Assembly: GCA_038888155.1 (NCBI GenBank)
Contig: JAWAJB010000039.1
Coordinates: 1 to 10,119 of the forward strand
DNA: 10,119 bases
Source of the DNA: Desulfurococcaceae archaeon
GTDB taxonomy: Archaea; Thermoproteota; Thermoprotei_A; Sulfolobales; Desulfurococcaceae
Reading direction: 5' to 3'
Both the position numbers and the translations under genes were made by a program. Shown in pieces: positions 1 to 8,074 of the stretch; within the stretch, counting starts at the first letter, position 1, and each line of letters begins with the position of its first letter. A model generated the notes under the pieces. The model worked only from the letters and a program-made list of their open reading frames with translations. It searched no databases and was not told the DNA's origin.

Positions 1-1
1 C

Positions 2-232
<231 letters not shown>

Positions 233-279
233 CAACCTCGGCATTAAGCTTATTACGTTTTTATTGTAGGTTTCTGTGG

Positions 280-367
280 GCGGGGGTGCCCGAGCCAGGT
301 CGAAGGGGTCGGGCTGAGGCCCCGATGGCGTAGGCCTGCGTGGGTTCAAATCCCACCCCCCGCACCA
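280..367 (+). tRNA. tRNA-Leu (anticodon GAG), intronless, CCA encoded
   Basis: Acceptor stem GCGGGGG (280-286)/CCCCCGC (357-363), discriminator A364, CCA 365-367. Anticodon stem TCGGG/CCCGA with loop CTGAGGC (GAG at 316-318), long variable arm, T arm GTGGG-TTCAAAT-CCCAC. Confidence 0.97.
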
Positions 368-1317
368 ATGCCTTTCTAAACCTCTATGAGATTGTATCTA
401 CCTATCGGCCTAGACTTCCTGGTCTTCGTCTAGGTGTCATATAACTCCTTGCTGAGGTGTGAAGACATCATCTACTTTCCCTCTGCTTCTTTATTCTGAG
501 ATTTTGTCACAGCTATTGCCCATATCTAATTGCCTGATATATCCATACGTCTCTTACTGGAGAGTCTGAACACTTTGAGAGGTTCTCGATGAAGTCTCAT
601 ACCCTGACGATTCAGTTACTCTAACTACTTCTCCTAGAATAATGCCCGAGTTAATTAGACCACATTATTGTATGTTGTGCCATTAAAATAAGAAAGGACT
701 CTTAGCGTACATGACCAAAGCTACCCTAAAGTTGATAGCTTTAGGCTCTGGTATTGATACCGTCGAGCTGTACAAAGCCTCTGCTTGTGGGCTTAAAGCA
801 TTACCACTAGCTTTAGGAGAGTAGGCTTATCGGAGTCTGAAGCCTTTTACCAACAGTACTTTCCCTGAACCTAGTTTCCAGGTCTATCCCATTGAGAGTT
901 GATCTACTCAAAGAATATCAAAGATTACTCCACTAAGTTCCAGAAACTCTTTTACCCTACTTAGCTCTACTGCGTCGGATCTCTCCCGGACAATGTTCTT
1001 AGACTCTCTGAGCGCAAAGAGCCTCCAGCTATAGCAAGAGCTCTCCAGATACTGGTTATCGAGAAGTCCAATAAATTGTAGGATCTTGGGAGAGCGACAA
1101 TGCATGTCAGGACATGGCGGGCGGCCACGATTAACTTATTCCTTTTCATAGCATGGGATCCGCAGATGATCATTAAGCTGACGATATACCGCATCGTGTG
1201 TATAGTCACGAAAAGCAACTAATACATATGCTAACGTGATACTGCTAACTAATGGTATCACAGTTTAGGATGACCCCTAACTTAACTCACTCATAAGTCC
1301 TCGCATTTAAGACGTTG

Positions 1318-1346
1318 CCAAATCTGTTAAGGTATACAGATTTAAG
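1318..1346 (+). promoter_or_regulatory. Putative operator plus TATA-like box upstream of the TRAP operon
   Basis: CCAAATCTGTTAAGGTAT (1318-1335) matches 5252-5269 at 15/18. It overlaps the inverted repeat AAATCTGT-N8-ACAGATTT (1320-1343). TTTAAG at 1341-1346 lies about 35 nt before the start codon. Confidence 0.55.
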
Positions 1347-1378
1347 TGAGAATGCCCTACCTCACTCAGTGAGTAAGT

Positions 1379-2512
1379 TTGCCGATTACCACGCGTGTCA
1401 TAACAGTCATAGCAATCGTTGTAGTAGCTACAGCGCTTACATACTTGGCATTAACTTCCCTAACACCTCCTACAAATGTAACTTCACTTACAACGACTTC
1501 GGCTACAGCCTCGGTCTCATCACCGACAACCCCTACAATATCACAAATACAACTCAGGTGGGGAACCGCATCTGCGGGAACTACTTCTTACCAAGTGCTT
1601 GGACTGATAGCGGATCTCGTAAGTAAGTACTTGCCCGGATATGAAATAATTGTCATGCCAACAGCTTCGTCCACGGCAAGTACAAAGCTCTACGCTAATG
1701 AAGAGCTGGACGGATGCTACGCTGGTAATGCCATAATGTACGAAATACATACAGGCACCGGGAGATTTGCGGGGTTTGTTCCGAAAAGATTACCAGTTCA
1801 CACATTTTGGGCGTATGAACATGAGGTAACAATAGCTATTCTCCGAGAGAATTTAGGAAGATACAAATGCTGGAGTAGTCTTAATGGTAGTAAGGTATTT
1901 CTTGGCAAATCTGACTGGGATATGCATGTAGCTCTAAGAGCAGCTCTTGAAGCGCTTGGCATCAAAGTCGAGCATGTAGAACTTGAAACAAGTATGGTTG
2001 CCGATGCCCTTCAGAGGGGTATCATAGTCGCGACCATGATTCCTACAACATCAGGTGTGACAACGTCACCGTGGGTTAAGGAGCTTGAACTGGCAGTACC
2101 TTTGGCCATACTTAACCCATGCCCAAAAGAAAAAGAACTTCTGAAAGTAAAAGCTAAAGAAATCGGTGTGTTTGCCTATGCCGAGGATTATGCGGATCCA
2201 AAGAATATCTTTGTTACGAACGTCATGCTAAGTGCAGGAGACAAAATGTCTGGTATAAAGGTTATATACGGCTTTCATACTGGACCTGAGCTCCCTGAGG
2301 AAGTAGTGTACAGAATACTCAAAGTCCTTTATGAGCACTCCGATGAGCTTGTAAAGATGTATAGTGGTTTCGCTTTGCTTAAGGAGAAATTCGCCGAATT
2401 TCAGGCTGAGTGCATCGATTCTCTCCCAATGGTCCCAGTGCATCCTGGGTTAGCAAGGTTCCTGAAGGAAAGAGGAGTATGGAGAAGTGAGTGGAAGATT
2501 GCGGAAGGTTAG
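1379..2512 (+). CDS. TAXI-family TRAP transporter solute-binding protein, N-terminally membrane anchored
   Basis: N-terminal hydrophobic helix and Thr/Ser/Pro linker, then WGTASAGTTSY and PTASSTAS (TAXI GTxxxGGxY / TxGS-like motifs), LPEEVVYRILK and C-terminal VPVHPGLARFLKE. Directly followed by a fused TRAP permease. TTG start. Confidence 0.9.
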   Translation: MPITTRVITVIAIVVVATALTYLALTSLTPPTNVTSLTTTSATASVSSPTTPTISQIQLRWGTASAGTTSYQVLGLIADLVSKYLPGYEIIVMPTASSTASTKLYANEELDGCYAGNAIMYEIHTGTGRFAGFVPKRLPVHTFWAYEHEVTIAILRENLGRYKCWSSLNGSKVFLGKSDWDMHVALRAALEALGIKVEHVELETSMVADALQRGIIVATMIPTTSGVTTSPWVKELELAVPLAILNPCPKEKELLKVKAKEIGVFAYAEDYADPKNIFVTNVMLSAGDKMSGIKVIYGFHTGPELPEEVVYRILKVLYEHSDELVKMYSGFALLKEKFAEFQAECIDSLPMVPVHPGLARFLKERGVWRSEWKIAEG

Positions 2513-4480
2513 GTGGAAATAAGATTGATGAAAATATCGTTAGCGATCTTCATTAAAAAAATTATTTTTTTAGTTTATGCTTTTATGATCCTTGCGTACT
2601 TTGTAACAGGATGGGGGGGTTCATTAAAATTCGCGGTTGTAATGCTTCCATTCTCAGCAATTATATGGGTTATTGATTCTCTTTATAAAGGAGGGTCAAT
2701 AATTCCTAGAATAAAGAATAAAATAATAAATCGATGTATTGGAATAGTAATCATTCTGCTATCTGTCGTTGCTGGGCTTTACCTAGATAGAGAGTTCTGG
2801 GAACTAGTAACGAAGAGGTCCGGATCACCCGCACACGTAGATCTTCTGTTCGGGGGAGTACTGATCTTCATAATATTGCTTCATGGAGCTATAAAATACC
2901 CTGTGATATTTGCCATAGTGATATTTTTCATGCTGAATGCTCTGTTCGGTAAGTACTTCCCTGGCATACTACAAAACCCTGGGATAGGTTACAATAGGCT
3001 CTTATCAGCTCTTAGTGTTGACTTCTATACAGGTATATTTGAGTCACTAACACAAATAGGACTCACATACGTAAGTGCTTTTATGTTGTTTGCTGGTGTG
3101 ATTAAAGAAATGGGACTTGTTAACTCTATAATAAATATAGCGCTAACAAAAATAAGAAAGTCGCAGTATATACCCTTACTAAATGCGATCGTGGGAGTCC
3201 CTGTAGGAATGGTTGTAGGTAGCGCTGCGGCTGGGACTGCCGCTGTAGGCTCTCTCACGATTCCCCTAGTTAACAGAATCGGTATTCCACTGACGCAAGC
3301 AGCCGCCTTAGCGGCGGCTGTTGGTATAGGAGCTTTGCTCATGCCTCCCATCATGAGTGCGATCGCTTTCTTAATGGCAGATGCTCTTGGCGTCTCCTAT
3401 TTCGAAGTAGTAGTACGTGGATTCGTACCAGCATTGGTATACTTCGCCGGCGTGGGAACATCAATTTACTATATAACGAGAAGGCATGTAGCTACTCCAA
3501 ACACAAATAAGGTAGAGGGTATTGGAACTTTAAATAACGACGTGTTCTCCCATGCTTCTATTCTAGACTACATTAACATAGCAATCTTTCTATTCGGACT
3601 GACACACTTAATAGTAACAATGGCTAGTTGGGTTTATCCACCCATAGCAGCCATAAGGGCAGCTTTCGTAGTACTGCTTATAACTTTAGTGACCCATTTT
3701 GTTTACTCAACTATGCGTGAAAGACGTGGAATACGCGAGGTTGTAAGTCATGTCGTTGGAAGACTGTCTAATGTCCTCGAATATTTCGTTTTACAGACAG
3801 TTGAGATAGTTCTGCTATTGTCCTTATTAGCAAACATCAAGGCTCTATTTACTATTACAGGTCTCTCTCATAAGGTGGGAACATCCCTAGTCAGATTAGG
3901 AGGTGAAAACTTCTATTTGATACTCATACTTTCTTATCTCTACGCATATATAGTAGGAGCAGGTGTCCCCCCGTTAGGTACGTATGTCATAATATATACG
4001 ACTGTAGTTCCAGCAATAATAAGGGTAGGGTTAGACCCTTGGGTCGCACAATTTGTAGCCTTCTTTATGAGTGTTCATGCCGAATTCGCTCCTCCAGTAT
4101 CAGTGGCCGCCGCAACGGCGTCAAAGATAAGTAAAGCTCCTTATCTGTCGGTTCTCAAGGAATTAGTTAAAATGGGAATAGCCTTACTAGTCCTAATTTT
4201 CATAACCCCCCTAAGACCTGAGTTAGTAACGTCTCCAGGATTACAGCAGTTACAGACTGGGTTAGAAATAGTTCTAGGCATTGTCGGTCTGGAGACTGCT
4301 CTTTACGGGATATTATACCCCAGAAGACTTCTTGACATATTTCTTAGATTGTTGTTAGCGGCAAGCTCAGTGCTATCTTTTCTAGCTGGAGGGGTGCTTC
4401 GACTCTTGTGCTTAGGATTTACCCTACTATTAACGGCATACGCTTTCTACGCTTCTACTCGTTTTAGCCGTATACGGTAA
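2513..4480 (+). CDS. TRAP transporter fused permease (DctQ-DctM, 4TM/12TM fusion type)
   Basis: 655-aa polytopic membrane protein with GMVVGSAAAGTAAVGSLTIP, GALLMPPIMSAIAFLMAD, GAGVPP and FAPPVSVAAATASKI, all fused DctM motifs. The start could alternatively be TTG 2525 or ATG 2528 after AGGTGG (2511-2516). Confidence 0.92.
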   Translation: MEIRLMKISLAIFIKKIIFLVYAFMILAYFVTGWGGSLKFAVVMLPFSAIIWVIDSLYKGGSIIPRIKNKIINRCIGIVIILLSVVAGLYLDREFWELVTKRSGSPAHVDLLFGGVLIFIILLHGAIKYPVIFAIVIFFMLNALFGKYFPGILQNPGIGYNRLLSALSVDFYTGIFESLTQIGLTYVSAFMLFAGVIKEMGLVNSIINIALTKIRKSQYIPLLNAIVGVPVGMVVGSAAAGTAAVGSLTIPLVNRIGIPLTQAAALAAAVGIGALLMPPIMSAIAFLMADALGVSYFEVVVRGFVPALVYFAGVGTSIYYITRRHVATPNTNKVEGIGTLNNDVFSHASILDYINIAIFLFGLTHLIVTMASWVYPPIAAIRAAFVVLLITLVTHFVYSTMRERRGIREVVSHVVGRLSNVLEYFVLQTVEIVLLLSLLANIKALFTITGLSHKVGTSLVRLGGENFYLILILSYLYAYIVGAGVPPLGTYVIIYTTVVPAIIRVGLDPWVAQFVAFFMSVHAEFAPPVSVAAATASKISKAPYLSVLKELVKMGIALLVLIFITPLRPELVTSPGLQQLQTGLEIVLGIVGLETALYGILYPRRLLDIFLRLLLAASSVLSFLAGGVLRLLCLGFTLLLTAYAFYASTRFSRIR

Positions 4481-5183
4481 GGTATTCTTTAACAACCTTT
4501 TTAAGCGCTTTTCTCAGATGCTCAAGAATGGCCGCTTTAGATATATTGAACGTTCGTGAAAGATCTTCGAGCGAACATCTTTTAGGCCACTCAAAATACC
4601 CCCTGATATAGGCTTCCCAGAGAATGCGGTGCTCTAGTGTAGTAAGACCCTCGTGATGAATCATCTCCCAGTTACTTCCAGGGGCACTTTTCTTGTTTAA
4701 GATGGAATTCGCGTGATGACGTCTCAGGATTGAGGGTTTCAAGCTAAGCTTCACAGAAACTGTCTCCTCGCCTAATAACAGGGCGTTTTTCTTAATATTG
4801 CTGACTAGAGCATCTCTAGTATGACATGGCATTACCACCATGAAATGCTTGTTGCCAGACACGTCATGGTATATAATGTTAGGTTTGGGAAGACCGAGCT
4901 CCATAAGGGCCTTCTGAATTCCAAAACTAAGTTTTCGCATATAGAAAACTGAAAGGTCTTTACATAGAGGGGTTAACTCCTTAACAAAGCTAATCGAGCT
5001 AGCTATGTCAACTATAGCGCCAACTAATTCACCATCATTTACGGGAAATACTAGCAAGCCTACTGTATCACCCCCACTAAGATAAAAATGCGTAAGGACA
5101 CTAGGATATGATATGTGTTTACTTAAGATAGAGATGAAGTCATTAGCGTGACGGACTCTAACGTGAGCTACGCAGTATGACAC
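4464..5183 (-). CDS. Bacterio-opsin-activator-like (HTH_10) transcriptional regulator
   Basis: C-terminal LTTLEHRILWEAYIRGYFEWPKRCSLEDLSRTFNISKAAILEHLRKALKKV fits the HTH_10 pattern LTxxxxxxLxxAxxxGYFxxPR...HLRKA. GTG start with GGGGG upstream. Divergent from the lyase operon. Confidence 0.9.
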   Translation of the reverse strand: MSYCVAHVRVRHANDFISILSKHISYPSVLTHFYLSGGDTVGLLVFPVNDGELVGAIVDIASSISFVKELTPLCKDLSVFYMRKLSFGIQKALMELGLPKPNIIYHDVSGNKHFMVVMPCHTRDALVSNIKKNALLLGEETVSVKLSLKPSILRRHHANSILNKKSAPGSNWEMIHHEGLTTLEHRILWEAYIRGYFEWPKRCSLEDLSRTFNISKAAILEHLRKALKKVVKEYLTVYG

Positions 5184-5240
5184 TTTCTAATTCCCCCATT
5201 GTGTGAATGAACAATAACGCTTAAAAATACCACTTCAGTA

Positions 5241-5279
5241 AACATGGTTTCCCAAACATGTTAAGGCATTGATTAAAAT
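5241..5279 (+). promoter_or_regulatory. Ara-box-like palindrome AACATGTT with TATA-like box upstream of the lyase/hydratase operon
   Basis: Perfect palindrome AACATGTT at 5255-5262, 10 nt spacer, then TTAAAA at 5273-5278. A second near copy AACATGGT is at 5241-5248. SD GAGGTGAT at 5303-5310. Confidence 0.6.
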
Positions 5280-5314
5280 GTTCTACTATCGATTGCAAAG
5301 CTGAGGTGATAATA

Positions 5315-6280
5315 GTGTTAACATCTGGAGCTAAAGCCTTTCGAAGGTTACTTGAGAAGGACGGATCGATAGTTAGACCTTGTGTGTTTGATTCCCTCTC
5401 TGCTATAATTGCCGAGAGAGTAGGATTTGAAATAGTTGGAACCACCGGTTATGGTATAGCGGCCGTCCTGATAGGTCAGCCAGACATAGGTCTAGTTAGC
5501 TTTGGTGAAATGCTCGAAAGGGTGAGAACCATAATAAACTCTGTTAAGATTCCTGTGGACGTAGACGCTGATACAGGTTATGGAAATCCGATCAACACTT
5601 ATTGGACAGTTCTAAACTTTGCTAGAATTGGGGCCGCTGGAGTGAGGATTGAAGACCAAGTATGGCCTAAGAAATGCGGACATATGCTTGGTAAGAGGCT
5701 GATCTCCAAGGAAGAGATGATTCAAAAGATTAAAGCAGCCATAAGAGCCCGGAATGAGATAAACCCTGAGTTAGTGATCGGTGCCAGAACGGATGCAAGA
5801 AGTGTGGCTGGATTCGATGAAGCATTAGAGCGAGCTAAGGCATACGCAGCTGCTGGAGCTGACTACGTCTACGTTGAAGGACCACAGACTTTAGAAGAGG
5901 TAAAGAAACTTGTCAAATCAGTTCCAGTACCTTTAGCATTAAATATAATTCCAGGGGGTAGAACCCCACCGTTTCGGATAGAGGACTTAAAGAAAATTGG
6001 TGTTAAATATATATCAGTCCCCATGATAGCCCTATATGCTGCCACTAAGGCAATGTATGAAGCTCTTAAAATGTTGAAAGAAGGACATGACATAGATACC
6101 CTAAAGAATCTAGGCGTAACGTGGTGGGAGTTCGCGGAGCTTATAGGTCTCAAGAAATGGAGACAACTTGAATTAGAGCTTTTATCCCCAGAAGAGTTGA
6201 AGGAGATGTATGGAACGACTAAGCTAGATGAAATCGTAGCTAGAGAGTTCGAAGAAACGACAGCAAAGTGGAAGAAATGA
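5315..6280 (+). CDS. Isocitrate lyase/PEP mutase superfamily C-C lyase (2,3-dimethylmalate lyase / petal-death-protein / PrpB-like)
   Basis: Motifs DADTGYG, IEDQVWPKKCGH (catalytic loop, 5669-5683), ARTDAR and YAAAGAD..YVEG. The ORF track starts at GTG 5306, but that GTG lies inside the SD GAGGTGAT, so GTG 5315 is more likely. Confidence 0.9.
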   Translation: MLTSGAKAFRRLLEKDGSIVRPCVFDSLSAIIAERVGFEIVGTTGYGIAAVLIGQPDIGLVSFGEMLERVRTIINSVKIPVDVDADTGYGNPINTYWTVLNFARIGAAGVRIEDQVWPKKCGHMLGKRLISKEEMIQKIKAAIRARNEINPELVIGARTDARSVAGFDEALERAKAYAAAGADYVYVEGPQTLEEVKKLVKSVPVPLALNIIPGGRTPPFRIEDLKKIGVKYISVPMIALYAATKAMYEALKMLKEGHDIDTLKNLGVTWWEFAELIGLKKWRQLELELLSPEELKEMYGTTKLDEIVAREFEETTAKWKK

Positions 6281-7560
6281 ATGCTCAGAAACCCTGCTCC
6301 CTAACAGCAAGAATTCTTGCCCAAGCAGCTGGAAAGAATAAGGTTGAAGTAGGCGAAACCGTCATAGCGAAGGTTGATAAGGTAGTAATCCATGAAGTAA
6401 CCGGGGCCATAGTACTCGATATAATAGAAGATCTTAACATAAAGATTGTTCCGGATCCTGAGCGACTTTACGTATTCCTGGATCACTATAGCCCACCTCC
6501 ATCAATTAGGGTAGCTAATATTCATAGAAGGTTTAGACTTTTTGCCAAGAATCACAAAATTAAAAACTTCTACGATGTAGGCACAGGTGTTTGCCACCAA
6601 GTTATGGTCGAAGGTTTGGTTAAACCCGGAGAAGTGATAGTGGGAGCAGATTCTCACACTACAACTTACGGGGCCCTGGCAACTTTCGCTACTGGTGTAG
6701 GCTCCACTGAAGCAACATATGCGTTACTGACCGGGGAGCTATGGTTTAAGATACCCGAACCAATATTCATTAAGCTAACTGGCGCTTTACCTACCTACAC
6801 TAGTGGTAAAGATGTAATACTTTACATACTAAGTGTATTGGGTCAAGAAGGGGCTAACTACAAATCCCTGGAGTTCTTTGGTTCGGGACTTAGATCTTTA
6901 AGTGTTAGCGATAGGTTAGCTATAGCTAATATGAGTGTAGAATGCGGTGCCAAGAACGCTATTTTCCCTCTTGATGACATCCTTGTAGATTACCTTAAAG
7001 AGTTTGATGTTCAATTAACGCAGAGAGATGTTGAACTCCTTAAACCACTCGAGTCAGAAAACCCTGACATAACTTTAAACCTAACTACTGTAGAGCCTAT
7101 GGTAGCCAAACCGCACAACCCAGCTAATGTCGTCCCAGTAAAGCTCGTAGAGGGAGAAAAAATAGATGTAGCATTTATAGGTTCATGCACTAATGGGAGA
7201 TACGATGATCTGCTAGTAGCAGCTAGAATATTAAAGAGAGGACGTATACCTAAAGACGTGAGGCTAGTAGTAACCCCTTCGTCTAGGAGGGTGTTTATGA
7301 AAGCCCTTGAAAGAGGAGTAATGCAGATATTACTAAATGCCGGCGCTATTATAACCCCACCAGGTTGCGGGCCTTGCTTCGGTGATAACATGAATGTACT
7401 TGGGGACGATGAGGTAGCTATCTCGAGTTCTAATAGGAACTTTTTAGGTAGAATGGGTTCTCCGAAGGCGAAAATATACTTAGCTTCTCCAGCCACTGTA
7501 GCAGCTTCGGCTCTTAATGGATCTATAACTGACCCAAGAAAGTACCTTGGAGAGGGGTGA
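6277..7560 (+). CDS. Aconitase-family hydratase/isomerase large subunit (LeuC/HacA/DmdA type)
   Basis: DH, GVCHQ, GADSHTTTYGA, IGSCTNGR and PGCGPC (three [4Fe-4S] cysteines), SNRNFLGRMG and YLASPATVAASA. ATG 6277 overlaps the lyase stop (ATGA), suggesting translational coupling; the ORF track starts at 6268. Confidence 0.95.
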   Translation: MNAQKPCSLTARILAQAAGKNKVEVGETVIAKVDKVVIHEVTGAIVLDIIEDLNIKIVPDPERLYVFLDHYSPPPSIRVANIHRRFRLFAKNHKIKNFYDVGTGVCHQVMVEGLVKPGEVIVGADSHTTTYGALATFATGVGSTEATYALLTGELWFKIPEPIFIKLTGALPTYTSGKDVILYILSVLGQEGANYKSLEFFGSGLRSLSVSDRLAIANMSVECGAKNAIFPLDDILVDYLKEFDVQLTQRDVELLKPLESENPDITLNLTTVEPMVAKPHNPANVVPVKLVEGEKIDVAFIGSCTNGRYDDLLVAARILKRGRIPKDVRLVVTPSSRRVFMKALERGVMQILLNAGAIITPPGCGPCFGDNMNVLGDDEVAISSSNRNFLGRMGSPKAKIYLASPATVAASALNGSITDPRKYLGEG

Positions 7561-7564
7561 AGCC

Positions 7565-8074
7565 TTGGAGAAAGTAATAGTCGGTAAGATTCTAAAAGTT
7601 GGAAATAACGTGGATACAGATGCTATAATCCCAGCAAAGTACCTAGTCACAACCGATATGAAAGAATTGGGAAAGCATGCTTTGGAGGGTTTAGATCCAA
7701 TATTACCAAGCAAACTTAAGGATAGACCCATAATAATTGCTGGTAGAAATTTCGGTTGTGGCTCGAGCAGGGAGCACGCCGTACTGGCTCTCTTGGGTGC
7801 TGGGGTTAAAGCTGTCATCGCCGAATCCTTCGCCAGGATTTTTTACAGAAATGCTATAAATAGGGGCTTGTTAGTCATAGAGGTCCCCGGCATAAGTTCC
7901 CTAGTTTCCGATGATGATACTATAACTATAGACTTAAACAATAATAAAATAGCACTACATACTACACGTCAAATTATATGCTTTAAGCCGCTCCCTGAGG
8001 AGATTCTTGAATTACTAGAACTTGGAGGTCTGCTGGAGAAACTGAGGGTAATGTTCAAAGGTAGAGAACCTTAA
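7565..8074 (+). CDS. Aconitase-family hydratase/isomerase small subunit (LeuD/HacB/DmdB type)
   Basis: NVDTDAIIPAKYL, GRNFGCGSSREHA and ESFARIFYRNAINRGL. TTG 7565 follows SD GGGGTGA (7554-7560); the ORF track starts at 7547. Confidence 0.95.
   Translation: MEKVIVGKILKVGNNVDTDAIIPAKYLVTTDMKELGKHALEGLDPILPSKLKDRPIIIAGRNFGCGSSREHAVLALLGAGVKAVIAESFARIFYRNAINRGLLVIEVPGISSLVSDDDTITIDLNNNKIALHTTRQIICFKPLPEEILELLELGGLLEKLRVMFKGREP

Noticed and set aside
711-824. 37-aa + strand ORF MTKATLKLIALGSG...
   Set aside because: Too short, no recognisable family.
1315-1626. 103-aa + strand ORF
   Set aside because: Alternative frame overlapping the TAXI gene and its promoter; no recognisable motif.
1541-3354. 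- strand ORFs 1541..1750, 2228..2443 and 3025..3354
   Set aside because: Antisense shadows of the well-supported TRAP genes.
5221-7818. - strand ORFs 5221..5445, 5869..6153, 6301..6486, 7011..7496 and 7480..7818
   Set aside because: Antisense shadows of the lyase and hydratase genes.
5315-8074. Assigning gene symbols prpB, leuC and leuD
   Set aside because: Family membership is clear, but the context and active-site residues do not support the methylcitrate cycle or leucine biosynthesis specifically.
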